Assembly: GCF_037042905.1 (NCBI RefSeq)
Contig: NC_087246.1
Coordinates: 7,008,001-7,072,000, forward strand
Length of the DNA: 64,000 bases
Reading direction: 5' to 3'
Source: Lytechinus pictus
Taxonomy: Eukaryota
This document shows positions 12,861 through 25,169 of this stretch, piece by piece. Position numbers and translations under genes: made by a program. Numbering within the stretch: position 1 is the first letter of the stretch; every line of letters starts with the position of its first letter. The notes beneath the pieces are model-generated. The model saw nothing but the letters and a program-made list of their open reading frames with translations. It made no database searches and was not told where the DNA came from.

Positions 12861-15706
12861 AACACAGTCACTAAAGCTTACCAAGTTTGTTTAGAAAGAG
12901 ATATACAATGAATGATATCACTTTCTACATTTTAGAGAAGAAAAAAAAACAGAATAAGATACAGATCTGATAGGTCTAAGACCCATGGTTTTCTTCATGT
13001 CAAATTAATTGGAATAATTACATAGTGACACATGACCCATGGATGCTTATAAGATTCCTGCATCCTAGCACTTATGAGCAAATTAACTTTCCTCTACTTG
13101 ATATCCATAGGTGATGATGTTGACATAATATCTAATACCCCTAGCAGACATCATCCAGAGGACAACACTATACTTTAGTGCCCCACCATCTAATATTGGT
13201 TTCCTCAAACATGAGGCATGTCCGTCGCCTGCTAGCCCAACTTCATTACTGTATAATCTAATCAATTTTCTCAAACAAATTTCATTACCAACCCAGCAGG
13301 CGCAATTTGTACAGGTGCTTGCCAAGTCTATGGTCTTGACCTATGACCAGGTAGACCAGTGTACATGTTACTTTCTATTTTTCATGGTTCCACCTATCAA
13401 AGTATATGTTTATCCTGTAGTATACCTGACTTTACGTATCCAGCGGTGTTATCTACATTTTCCCTTTCCAAATTGATAGAAATTTTGCCAATTTCCTTTC
13501 TAAGTCGTATCCCACTGTGCCAGATTGATGCACCAAACAATCACAGTGGTGATGACCTCTGACCTTCGATTAGCTCCAGCTTCCTGTCGATATAGGTTCC
13601 AATTGAATCAGTTAGCTAATGAGTGCTGATTGCCATCCTGCTAGGCGAGCAGCTTGTGGGTGTCAAAATGGCCGCCTGTTATGAAGCTACCTCCAAAATA
13701 TGTTTCACCTAATATGGTGAAAATATCTGCGTTTGTTATGTTGGAGTTTCATGTTCCATGTAGACTCATTGATGGTGTAATGTAAATGGATTATTTACTT
13801 TCCCTGCTATTGATGTAAATATGATTGTCATCATTGTGCTTGTACCATTTCTTGATGTGTTTATCTCATCATAATTGATGCCAAGTAAAATTCTCTGAAT
13901 GCATAGTCAACTTATCCACCCCAGACTTTTATATACAGCTACTTTTCTTTGTCTGTGAGCCTTGTTTATTCACTTAAATGCCCTGTACAGTAATTGCCCT
14001 AATCCATTATATGCACTATACCCCCACTTTCTCTCTCTCCATTTCTCCATTTCTACCATGTAATGCAAATCTAAAATAATTTCCTACACAAATTTAGACT
14101 AATAATTGCTTCCAAATTGAGATGTTAAGATGTCTGACCTCCCTAGGGCTATGCTGTACTTTTCCCCGTTGGAGGTCTGGATCAAACAGTATGACCATTC
14201 AGTCTGTTTGCTCTAGTTCTCTAGCTTTACAGTGTGTTCACCTCATAATCACTGGTGTGTTAGCAGGACAACAACTGCTGTTGATGCAGGATATTTCCTA
14301 CTTCTTTTGTTGACCTGGGTGTGCTGAGCCATGGTATAGATTCAAGAAAATCTTCATTTTTATCCTCCCCTCCTCATATTTGTTTTTAATGTGTTTTTTT
14401 TTTTTTTTTTTTTTTTTTGGTGGGGGTGTGTTTATTTCTTCTTACTTAGGGCAGTTTTGTGCTCATGTTCCTTTGACTGTCACTAATATGACCACATAGA
14501 TCCAATTACCTACCATAATCATGCCTGCTACAGCATGGAGGTGTTTCCAGGGAGTTAGAAATTGGCCGTGATGAAACCCTTGAAGGTATATATACCCACG
14601 TTATAGTTATTGTTATCTGACTAGAGTCAGTTTCTGAACTGGCTTTTAGTTCCTCCAAATTCTTATGAGATCTTTAGATAGCTTGCCATCACAAAACCCT
14701 TGATCAGGACATTAAATCAATATTTTTTTGATGACCAAAAATTTGCAATTATCTAATATCAAGAGGGTTATTAATCAGGCACAAGGGAAAGCAATGTGCT
14801 ACTTGTTCTCTTCTTTAGGGTTCATATTACAATGACAGATCTTTGCATGTGGTGTCAAGATATGGAGAATACCTTGAGGATAGAATTGAATTCCTGATAA
14901 AAATTTGATCATAATGCATTTGACATCAGTGATTTTAGCATAAGCCTTACATCAGACTCGTAGTCCCTGTGGTTAGATCACGTACAAATGAACAACATAA
15001 AGAAATACAGGGAACCTCTAAAATGATGACTGACACACAGGGTACACCCTTTCCTCACATCGGTCCCTGTTCCCCATCAAAATGTGGCAAACGTTGAGTT
15101 GCCCTTTGCAACGTGATGATTAAACAAACTTGGGAATGTTTATTCAGATTTTTAGTTTAAGTAGAAGTGACTTGATAATGTTGTTGGATCAATTTGGTGC
15201 TAATTTCCCGATGCTATCGCAAGAAACTATATTTCACATGAAATCAACATTCCGTGCTGTCTCACGAGACGATGGGGAGAAGTATTGGAGCGACTAGCCG
15301 TCCGTAGTGAATTCTCACATTTGCCTCGAATCATCCCACGTGTGATTAGGAGTGACAGGCTAAATCAAATCAGGGAGTTGGGGTAATTTGCAGAGATATG
15401 TAACTCTTTAGAATGGCAACCTGTAAGTAGCAATGATTCCAATCAATATTGTTTCAAAGTAACCCGGTAAGGGATAAAGATGGTGGGAGGTAGCTGCTTT
15501 GAGTTAAAGAATCAAGGACGCCAGATACAAGATGCTCTTATGATTACAACCTGATGTAGATAAAACAGACAAATTGGTGAAGAAAAATAAGCTCTCATAC
15601 ACTGGTATGTCAAAACATACCTCTTTCTACTTCATGAGCTTTTCCAATTTCACTCCAGAGTCAACTTATGCAATGTAAATTAAACACAATATTATTGTAT
15701 TATTAA

Positions 15707-16289
15707 AGGAGAATGAAACTCTTGGAGCAAGTTAGCTTTTGTGAAAGCAGAAAAATAAAAAAATAAGATCAACAAAAGTTTGAGTAAAATAGGACTAGCA
15801 ATAAAAGAGTTATGAGCATTTGAATGTCGAGATCACTAATGCTATGGAGATCCTCCCATTGGCAATGCGACCAAGATCTGTGATGTCACACACGTACAAC
15901 TCTCCCATTTGGACACTGAAAATATACCCCAAAATATTTCTTTTTGCTCATTCTAATCATATGACAAACGATTCATCAATGATATAATGTTGTGAAACCT
16001 CTGTACTTGTCATCTCATAAAGAGAACACCTCACCTTGTGATAGACTCTATAAAAGTGAGAATATAAGTGAAATAAGTACTAAAGTAATGAGGGAGTTGT
16101 ACGTGTGTGATATCACAGATCTTGGTCGCATTGCCGATGGGAGGATCTACATGGCACTAGTGATCTCAATATTCAAATGCTCATAACTTTCTTATTATTC
16201 ATTCAATCTTCCTCAAACTTTCAACAATATGTTTCTTTGATTTTTCTCTTTGATATGGATTCAGCTGGTTTCAAGGGTTTCATTCTCCT
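15707..16289. mobile_element. Second copy of the TTAA MITE family (Kolobok-like)
   Basis: TTAA (15703-15706) AGGAGAATGAAAC...GTTTCATTCTCCT TTAA (16290-16293); shares gttatgagcatttgaat...ctaatgctatggagatcctcccattggcaa...tgtgatgtcacac with 5119-5693. Confidence 0.85.
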
Positions 16290-19107
16290 TTAATCTTTAA
16301 ACTGCACAATGTCAAGGGGGTGTCAGTTTCAATTACAGTGTCAATGAATATTCAATCAAAATCAATGTTTTATTGGATGTAACACAATGTAGATTGAAAC
16401 ACATGATTGAAAGCGAAAGAGATGTTGCATTCTCGTATTCCAACTCTGTAGCATTATCTGTCATTGTGCATTGAAGAGGGTCATGATTGAATGAAGTAAA
16501 AATTGAAAAAGACAGAGGCACGCGATAAATCTACTAGCTATCTGGGAGGTTGTCTAAAAACATTACTGGATGACCTGAACTTAATTTCACCTTTGACCTC
16601 CATCTGTCATGCTCAGTAGTGTCCTGACATCTCATCTCTTATTCTGGGGGTAACATAGTTACAGGATAGAAGCAAAAATCCTCTTTTCATTCATCATGTT
16701 TGTAAAAGACTTTTGAATAAAATCAAAGTTGGAGAGATGCCTGAAGATATCTGATTTGCTATCTTAATTTGATATGAATATACTGTTTAGAAATATGTTC
16801 ATACATGTGACACTTTCAAAAACAATTTTTTTAAATTTCTATTGTGTATAATTTGAATATAAGTAGATATTAATTGACTGTCTTTGTCTATTTTTCATTC
16901 ACCTACATGATTTCAAACAGTTTGTGATAATACACAGCATCATGTGTTCCATGCAACCCAATCTCTATCATTAATTACTACATTAGACATGAAAAAAAGT
17001 GGTGTGGAAGTATCTAATTTCGTCATATGGTGTGGTTTTTATAAACTGTGTAGCTAGTCAATAGATGATTGAGAAATGACAATTGAAGGCACTCTTTTTA
17101 CTAGATCTGTATAGGATAAAAAAAAACTTTGAAATTGTACAATATATCTCCTTTGAAAGGTCTGATATCTTGTAAGACTCATTATAGATGCATTCATGAA
17201 CAGGATGTGCGTTCACTTAAATCTTATCATAGAAGTCCATATGTCTGCGTATGATTACTCTGTGTCTGCTTTTATGATTGTGCAATCCTTAGTTTTGAGG
17301 AGGATCAAAGAGGAGGGTAACAATAGGTTGACTTATAATCACAGAAGATCTTTCCATTATGATCATGGTTGACTCACTGAGGGGTACAATACAATGACAT
17401 CACTTGATATAAATTCCTAATAATCAGACGGTTTTGGTAGAATATATTGTCAGGTGACAGAAGGCTTTACTTGTTTGATCCCTTAACTCTCCCATTAGTT
17501 GCTGAAATGTTATTTGGGTTTAGTCATAATTAAAAATGGCAAACATGTTAAAGGTTCTGTCAGCAAAGAGTTATACCAAATGGGAGGCTAGTCATTCAGA
17601 TAGGCAGATAGTTCCTTCTTTAGTTTGCTGTAAGTGATGGAAACACTAAAAATGTGTATGTAACAAACAGAATGTCATTGTCATTAATTTCTAAGAGACA
17701 GATTATAACTGGTATCTACATGTATCTAATTCTGATATTGGGAAAAACTGCTTCAATCAGAATTGCTTTTCCAACCCTTTTCATGAATAAAATGTTTTGT
17801 ATTTGAGGTAAGTCACTGATGTAAGCTGTTAGGGAACATCGAGCTGAAAGGCGACACACTATTCACATCATTCATCCCTTGGAATTATATCAGCTGCCAA
17901 CTTGTCACTTCTGGGTATTATTTCAGATTTTTCTGTTTTTTAAAGCGAGGGAAGCTGGGTTAGAGAAGGGTTAATAAGGATTTGGAGACATAATCTTCGC
18001 CTTTTCTCCTACTTGGTTATTTATAACTATCTGAGGATTTTAGCCATGTAGTGACTCAAAGAATAGTGTTGACTCATCTAGCAAGGGTTAGCTATGGGGA
18101 TTTTTAGTGGCTTTAATTGTTTTTATGAGGATTAATTCTAATGACCTTTTAAGTTAATCAACATTTTCATTCCGCTGACTTTGTCACTTGTGGCAGTCCA
18201 AAAAATGAGCTTACCACATCTTGAAAACAATATTAGTGCAATAAATGAACAGCAACTTAAAGAAATAAGAATATGTTATCGGTAAAAAATGATATTTTCT
18301 TCATTCTATAATCCTGTGGCAAGTTGATTTCCATTTTGAACTTTCCTTCTAGAGCATGCAAGATATCCAATTTTAGATATTTGAACTTTCATGTTTACCC
18401 TTTGTAACCCTGTCAACCCATGGTTGTTGTATATTTACAAATGTCAAAAGAGAGTAAAAATGGCTTATTTTGGAAGACCAGCGGGATAGGATTGCTCACT
18501 CCTCCCTCTTCCCTATTCCAAAATAGTCATTAGAGATGATTCCTATCCAATCGTTGAGCCATTAAATCCCATCTGATCCCTCCTCCCCCTATCTTCCTCT
18601 CCCATCCTCGTCTTCTAAACAAACATCACTCGTTCCCACAATCCCTCCACCTGACCTTTCTACCTCGTAGGCAAACAGACAGTCGCACTCACCCGCATGA
18701 CCTTGCGAAAGCGAGAGATCGAGAGGAGGAGGGGGGAAGAGTCGTGCGAGCACGAGTGGCACTATACTGGATTGAGGCTAAGGAAGTGGGAAGGAAATGG
18801 GCTTAACAAGTGTCAAATTGATGTGTGATAGAGACTATAATATCCATTGACAGGGTATGCCATGTCTTGCAACCAGGATTCCACATCAATTATTGGTGGC
18901 AGCGGTGGGATAGTGGACCTACAGTTCTACTAAACACTACCATCTATCATTAATGTGATAGAAAGGTATGGAATAAGTATAGCTACACCACAACCTCCCT
19001 CTCAAATATCTACATGAGAGGCAGATTGATAGGGGGCAGGCACTTGGTAAGAAGGACCCATAACTATCACCACAAACCAGTATTTTCTCTATTTTGTATA
19101 GTAACTC

Positions 19108-19175
19108 TAATAATAATAATAATATAGAGCTTTTATATAGCGCTTAATACAACAGTTTCTAAGCGCTTTACAATT
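19108..19175 (-). mobile_element. L2-type LINE/SINE 3' tail fragment
   Basis: (TAA)n tail followed by ttttatatagcgct...tctaagcgctttaca, the reverse complement of a typical L2-clade 3' end. Confidence 0.45.
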
Positions 19176-22100
19176 TAAACAGAACGTGAATAAAACAAGT
19201 ACAATATAATCAATTTAAATAGAAACAAAGTATGAATATAAGTGTACATTTTTCAGGAGTAATTAATGTCAATCATATTAACAACAAATCAACAAATGGA
19301 AAACTCTACCAATTCTAGAATATCAAAATTTGGTGTGATCTTTATCCATGGTTTTTCTGAAGTTCTCAGCTACACACATGATAAACTTTTTATTACTAGA
19401 CATCTTACTAACAGCAGTGAGGGAAGTCATGATGCCATTCTTTCTCCTTGCAGCATCTGTAATATAATTCAAGAAATTATATTTTTTTGCTTCAGAGGTT
19501 ATTTTTTTACGTACACATCTCAGCAAGCACATCAGTTATAGAAACGGAATGACAACAGAAACTTAAGAAAGGCTGAAAAGGGATTGTATTATTTCTGAAG
19601 CATTATGTAATTCTCTTCTACCAGATGTGCAATTTGCACTCTCTTTGCACACTACAGAAATAATGAATCATGATCCAGCTTTTCAGATTCTAAAGTTATA
19701 TTCATGTGTGTTATTGACAGATGAGTAACTTAGAGCCATATTCATATTCTAGAAGCAAACGATAAGGATATGCAGATCATCTATGGATTATGTTATCACC
19801 TCTTCCACTGGTTTGTGACTCATAGAAATGAGAAAATTATATCAAAAGAGCTTATTTAAGTGTAGAGATGTTACAAGATCTGTTGGATCCAACATGGTCC
19901 TTTGTTTTTCAGGCTGTCAACTTTCAATACATAGTGATGAATAAAATGATATAACCCAAGGAATGTATTTTTCAGTGTAAAAAATTGACACTGCAAATCA
20001 AAGAGAGGTGATGATTCTTTTTATCAAGTCTAGTTAGAAACATGAATGCCAGGTCTAAATCACATTCATTTTATCAAGTCACTTTAGACGAGGGGTTTGG
20101 TATGTTTGCCACCTGTTGACGTCGCCTCTGTGGGCCCTGCCCCGGTTACTCTCCCTAACATTTGAGAGGAGGAAATACGTGAGCCCATCTGATCACGTGG
20201 TTCCATTTTTGTGGCAAATTATCTGTGATTAGCTCTTAAGCAGCTGTCTTACCAAATTGAATTATGAAGTGCAACAGTTTTCATAAAGAAATAAAAGTAA
20301 GATGCTACAAGTTAGAGACACTTTTGTGGCAGGGAGCCAGGGATAAATTAATTGCTTTTTCTGAGAGGAAAGGGGAAAATTATCATTACATGCTAATTTG
20401 ATGAGTGAGGTGGGAAGGGGTTTATGAAATGATTGACTCCCTAATTTATCGTGATTATGTGTGTATATTGAGATTTATCTCGAATCAGTGTTGCGTGTGA
20501 ACTTCCATAGGGGCTTGCATTTGTCAATAATTATCATACTTGGTTACTCATCATGGGCTAATTTGATGCAACCATGGTGATAACATAAACAAACAAGGTA
20601 GACAGCTGTGGATATCCTCAGTGGGACAGAAAGAAATGCACCCTCGACACTGAGTTTTAAGCTTTAATTGAATATTGAACATGACGTGGTGTAACTAGAC
20701 AATTTGTATCATGTGAAATGAAATTACGCAGCAAATTTTCTCATTCCAACGTTATCTGGAAACTATTTTAAATATCCAAGGTGTACGTGATTGCTAAGCA
20801 GGGCTTGGAAATAAGATCAGTAGCTTGATGGTAAAGACGAAAAACAAAAATAGCTGTGAGATGGCTCATGCATATATGTAGAAAATTTATGGGATGTAAT
20901 GGGAGCTTTTTAAGGTAATATTCATGCTCAGTGTGTTCTTTGTTCGGTCCACTTGATGACCACATTCTGACATTCTGCAATAACACAACCGAGGTCATTT
21001 GCATGAGATAGAAGAGAATTGAATTTGAAATGGGTTATGTGTAGGTAAAGTATGACGTAGAAGTCTTCTCAATCTAAATAAAGTATTGTTGAGAGTGGTA
21101 TTGGCAGTGCACTTTACCAGCCATCAATCAATACGCCGCTTTCAGTGGACTTTCACATTTATTTGTTGTCTTGTTTATTCGTGTCACGGCAGATGGAGAT
21201 GTAGCGCTCCTGTAATTCGCTCTGGCAATTGATAGCCCCACAACACAAGCTGCCGACAGAATGTTTCAGTTTGTAAGTCGACCCCAGCGTTAATCCGCTT
21301 CCGAGCGAGGCCGAAAGGAAGAAAGAAAGGGCGCTTATATATCAAGCTACCCCACAACCTTCTCCTAATCCTCAATTTTGGGGTAAAATTATTCATCCAA
21401 TATCGTGAGGAATCCCTTGGTGATGCATCTTGTGAAGTGTGGTAGGATAGAGTCTATCATCACCCTCTTTAAGATGGTTCCTGTCTTTGGTTCCATCCAT
21501 GAAAATAACAGGCAAAAAGAACCTCACAATGTTGGAAGAAAAAAAAGAACATCACTGCAAAAGAGAAGCAAAATAGAGTTAGGAAGAGTGAAATAGAGGC
21601 ACAGAGAAGGTGGTTGACTGGGGTTAAGGTGTACTTTTGAAGCACGTTTGTTTTCCTTACTCACTTGCGTCTTTCCTCTCACCTTCCCCATATCCTAAGT
21701 TAAGATCACCTCAAAGATGATGACTGTCTGTTCTAAAATCGTCTGTCTACACCATAGCCTTCTCTCACTCTCCACCGTTTGTTATGCATCTGCATTAAGG
21801 TGGATTCCAAGCAGGCTTTGTCGTAGCATTAGCGGGATCTCACACCGTATCAGCACCGAAGGCCAGGCGGGATTTACCAACCCCTACGTATGATGATCAG
21901 AGACCCTTAACCCCATCCCCATTAGCGTAACTCCCTTGTCGTTGTACCAGCCAGGCTGGGCACGTAGAGTGGGGTGCTTCGGTCTCGGGAGTGAACGGTT
22001 GTGACAGGAAAAGAAAGTAGAACAGGTGTTGTGTATGTAAGAACTAAATCTAAGGCATTAATGGGATCGGCCCAGTAGTGACAGACTCTTCACAACAACT

Positions 22101-24785
22101 TAATCCCATGTGGTTTTACAAGACACCATGATATATGTGTGGGGCTGAGCATGCATGTTTCTCCCTGAAAACATTACCAATCTCATTAAACATATTAAAA
22201 AATAGAGAGATTGGGATACATGTACATAAAAGTAGATCATGAGTCATTCGATGGTGAATGATGAACAGTTTTATTATTAGCAAGAGAGTTGTTTCAACAA
22301 GTATTTTGGGTGTAAAGAGAGGAAGATCCTTGACAGGCTGATACCTGATGGTGACAGGCACCTTTTAAAATTAAAATGATATCACTAAAGACCAAGAAAG
22401 CAGTTAAATCCATTATTTTTTACATTAAAAAAATACATTCTAAATGAATGTAAATTCAATGTAGGAAGGGAATGGTTGATGATGGTAAGCAGGCCACAGG
22501 GACTGCAGTCTAGGATTAGGAGGCGGATATTGGGAAGATTAGGAACGATCTCCTCCAAACAAACCCCTCAAGACCTTCCAGCACTCTCATGAGGTTTATG
22601 CCATATACCGCCCTCACTAATGAGATTACCTCCTACAATTCCCACATGCCATTTATTCACTCCGAGCGCTGTTTCTATCAGAAAGTATTTTCACCCACAC
22701 ACCTTGCGGTGCAAACATTCCTTAGGAATACACCTCAATCTCCAAGAGAGGGCATCCATTCTTTAGGAACAGGGTTTATTTTGGTAAGAAAGGATTGACC
22801 TGGTATGTTAAGCAGACAATCTGTGCTGATATATACAGGGAGATTGAAGTTGATCTGATCAGATATATTGCCTGGACCCTACTGGGCCTTCATCATTCAA
22901 GTAAATTTTGAGATGGATAGAACAAGATAATAAAATGGCATTCCCTTCTAATTGTATTCAAGGAGTATCCTGCTCTACAAGTAGGAATGGTTAAATCATA
23001 TTAGTCATCACAATTTAGCATTATAGCTTTAAAGCCTAGAAGATGACTTATGATTTCGGCCTTGCAAACAAAGATAAGAGATATGATTTAATTCAGGAGT
23101 ATGATAGATGAAAATACATTATTCATTCTTCATTCTATTTATAGCTTCAACTTGTAATCATTTGATGAGTGTAACGTGTAACATATCAAGAGCTTATTGA
23201 ATCTTACCTGTATGGCTATACCTTCATAGAAAATACTCATAGATGTAACTGTAAAAGTAAAGTTTAAGGTAGTGTCTTCTGAGACCAGATGAGTCTACTG
23301 ATTAGAGAACCCTAATGTAGCACATCTAATGACCTCATGTTCCTACCCCTTCTCCCACCATGCATTGATAAGTGAGAAGGCCTCTAAGGGAGTAACATAC
23401 AATCTTACATCTTCATGCTACCATCATGATAAAGTACAAACACATGGTCATGTCTTCATTTTACTTTTAACCATCGCCAAGACAAAATTGTCCCTTGCCC
23501 TCTTTTCTTGCTTTAACCCATCCTGGCATTTACAAGGCTCTTATCGAATTTTACGTCTTCAAAGTCACGCAATTAAGACTTAATAAATTTCCCCAATATA
23601 CCCCCACGAAGATTAATCTCCAAAATTTCCTTCCTTCAATTATGAGGAAGATGCCCGATAGAGATTGCGATGGCAGTCTTAGGCAATGTCTATTTATTAG
23701 GTTACAAAAATACCGTCAAGTTTATTCAGCATTCCTCAGAGATGTTCCAGTGAACACACATTTGTGAGATTCTTACAGTAAATTTGGATTGACGGTCATA
23801 TTTCATGCAGCAAATTGGATTAATGATCCTAATTCAGCCAGCCATTTGTATCATCTACCCAGAAATAATTCCAGTTTTGATCGTATCGAATTCAGACGAT
23901 CTCTTGAAGTTGTTTGGTGTCGTGGGATGGATTACACATATTTCGGCACCCCGTTTCCTGTGTTCAGGAATTCATATTAGAGCATATCTGCTGGTAATTA
24001 TGCTTTAATTTCATCAAGAGATAATATACTGCCTCGTCATAATACCTGCCTTAAAGTGCCCCCTCTATTTTGTTGTATTTTCACTGAGTGCCTTGGCAAT
24101 GCCGTCATAGAGCATGCATGAACTGGTGAATTATATCATGCAATTAAATCATTGGAATCATGGTGTCTTTGGGGATGATATCAACCTTTTTTAAGGGTGT
24201 TTTTAATTTCTTAAAGGTTTTTTAATTTTTTTTAAAGGGTTAAAGCCTTGATGAAATTTCAAATGATCATATTAGAATTGAAAACAAATTAATGTTCAGG
24301 ATCTTCAAAATTGTCAATGTTTCTTCATAACCTACTATGTCATTGTCTCAACTCGTGATGATTGAATAAAAACCTTCCATGATTATAATTCAATTTTTTC
24401 TCTTAATACTACAATGTATGTCATGTCTCTAGTTTATTGTCCACATACTTTTTAATGGTATTTTCAGTCTCCTCTCCCTGTTTATTTAACCTGCCTTTAA
24501 TTTCCAGCTGATCATAGGAGTCATTACCAATAATCCACAGTTAAGATCAATGCTCCAATAAATTACAATCAAATTTTTGTTCAGGTGCACATATATATGT
24601 ATATGTAAAAAACCCTATTCATGCCAAGTCATGGCAAGGTTGTACATCCTGACTTAACCCCCGCCCTCCCATAATAGAGATGGATGATGGGTGATGTATA
24701 TAGGGGAATAAACTATAAACAGCATTATAAGATGGAGAAAATGGTAATTAATGGACAGTTAGGACATTATACTGTGAGATTTTAG

Positions 24786-25169
24786 CCCGGGGGGGGGGGG
24801 GGCAGTCAAATATATTGCTGTACACATGCGTGACCAAAAAAACGCATTTCAAGAAAAAAGTGGTTTTGAATGACTGGTCAATGGTCAATCGCGGGGTCAA
24901 ACGTATTTAGGGTATGTTTTTTTCCCAAAAGTCTTTTTTTTTACGACTAGCCAAACGTGTTTAGGATAGGTTTTTTTTCCCAAGCTTTTTCCCCGAGGTC
25001 ATATTTTGGCGACAACTTGTTTAGGGGCCAAAATGTGCAGATAAAGCCCGCGAAAAACTTGTTTAGAGAATTATTTTGCACACAGAGAAACACTCGTTTA
25101 GGGGTGTTTGGAAATTCCTTGGTCATGCGTGTGTACAGCAATATATTTGACTGCCCCCCCCCCCCAGGG
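24786..25169. mobile_element. MITE with poly-G/poly-C TIRs and 7-bp TSD (superfamily unassigned)
   Basis: CCCGG(G)nCAGTCAAATATATTGCTGTACACATGCGTGACCAA ... TTGGTCATGCGTGTGTACAGCAATATATTTGACTG(C)nAGGG; ATTTTAG duplicated at 24779-24785 and 25170-25176; internal repeats of gtttaggg. Confidence 0.85.
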
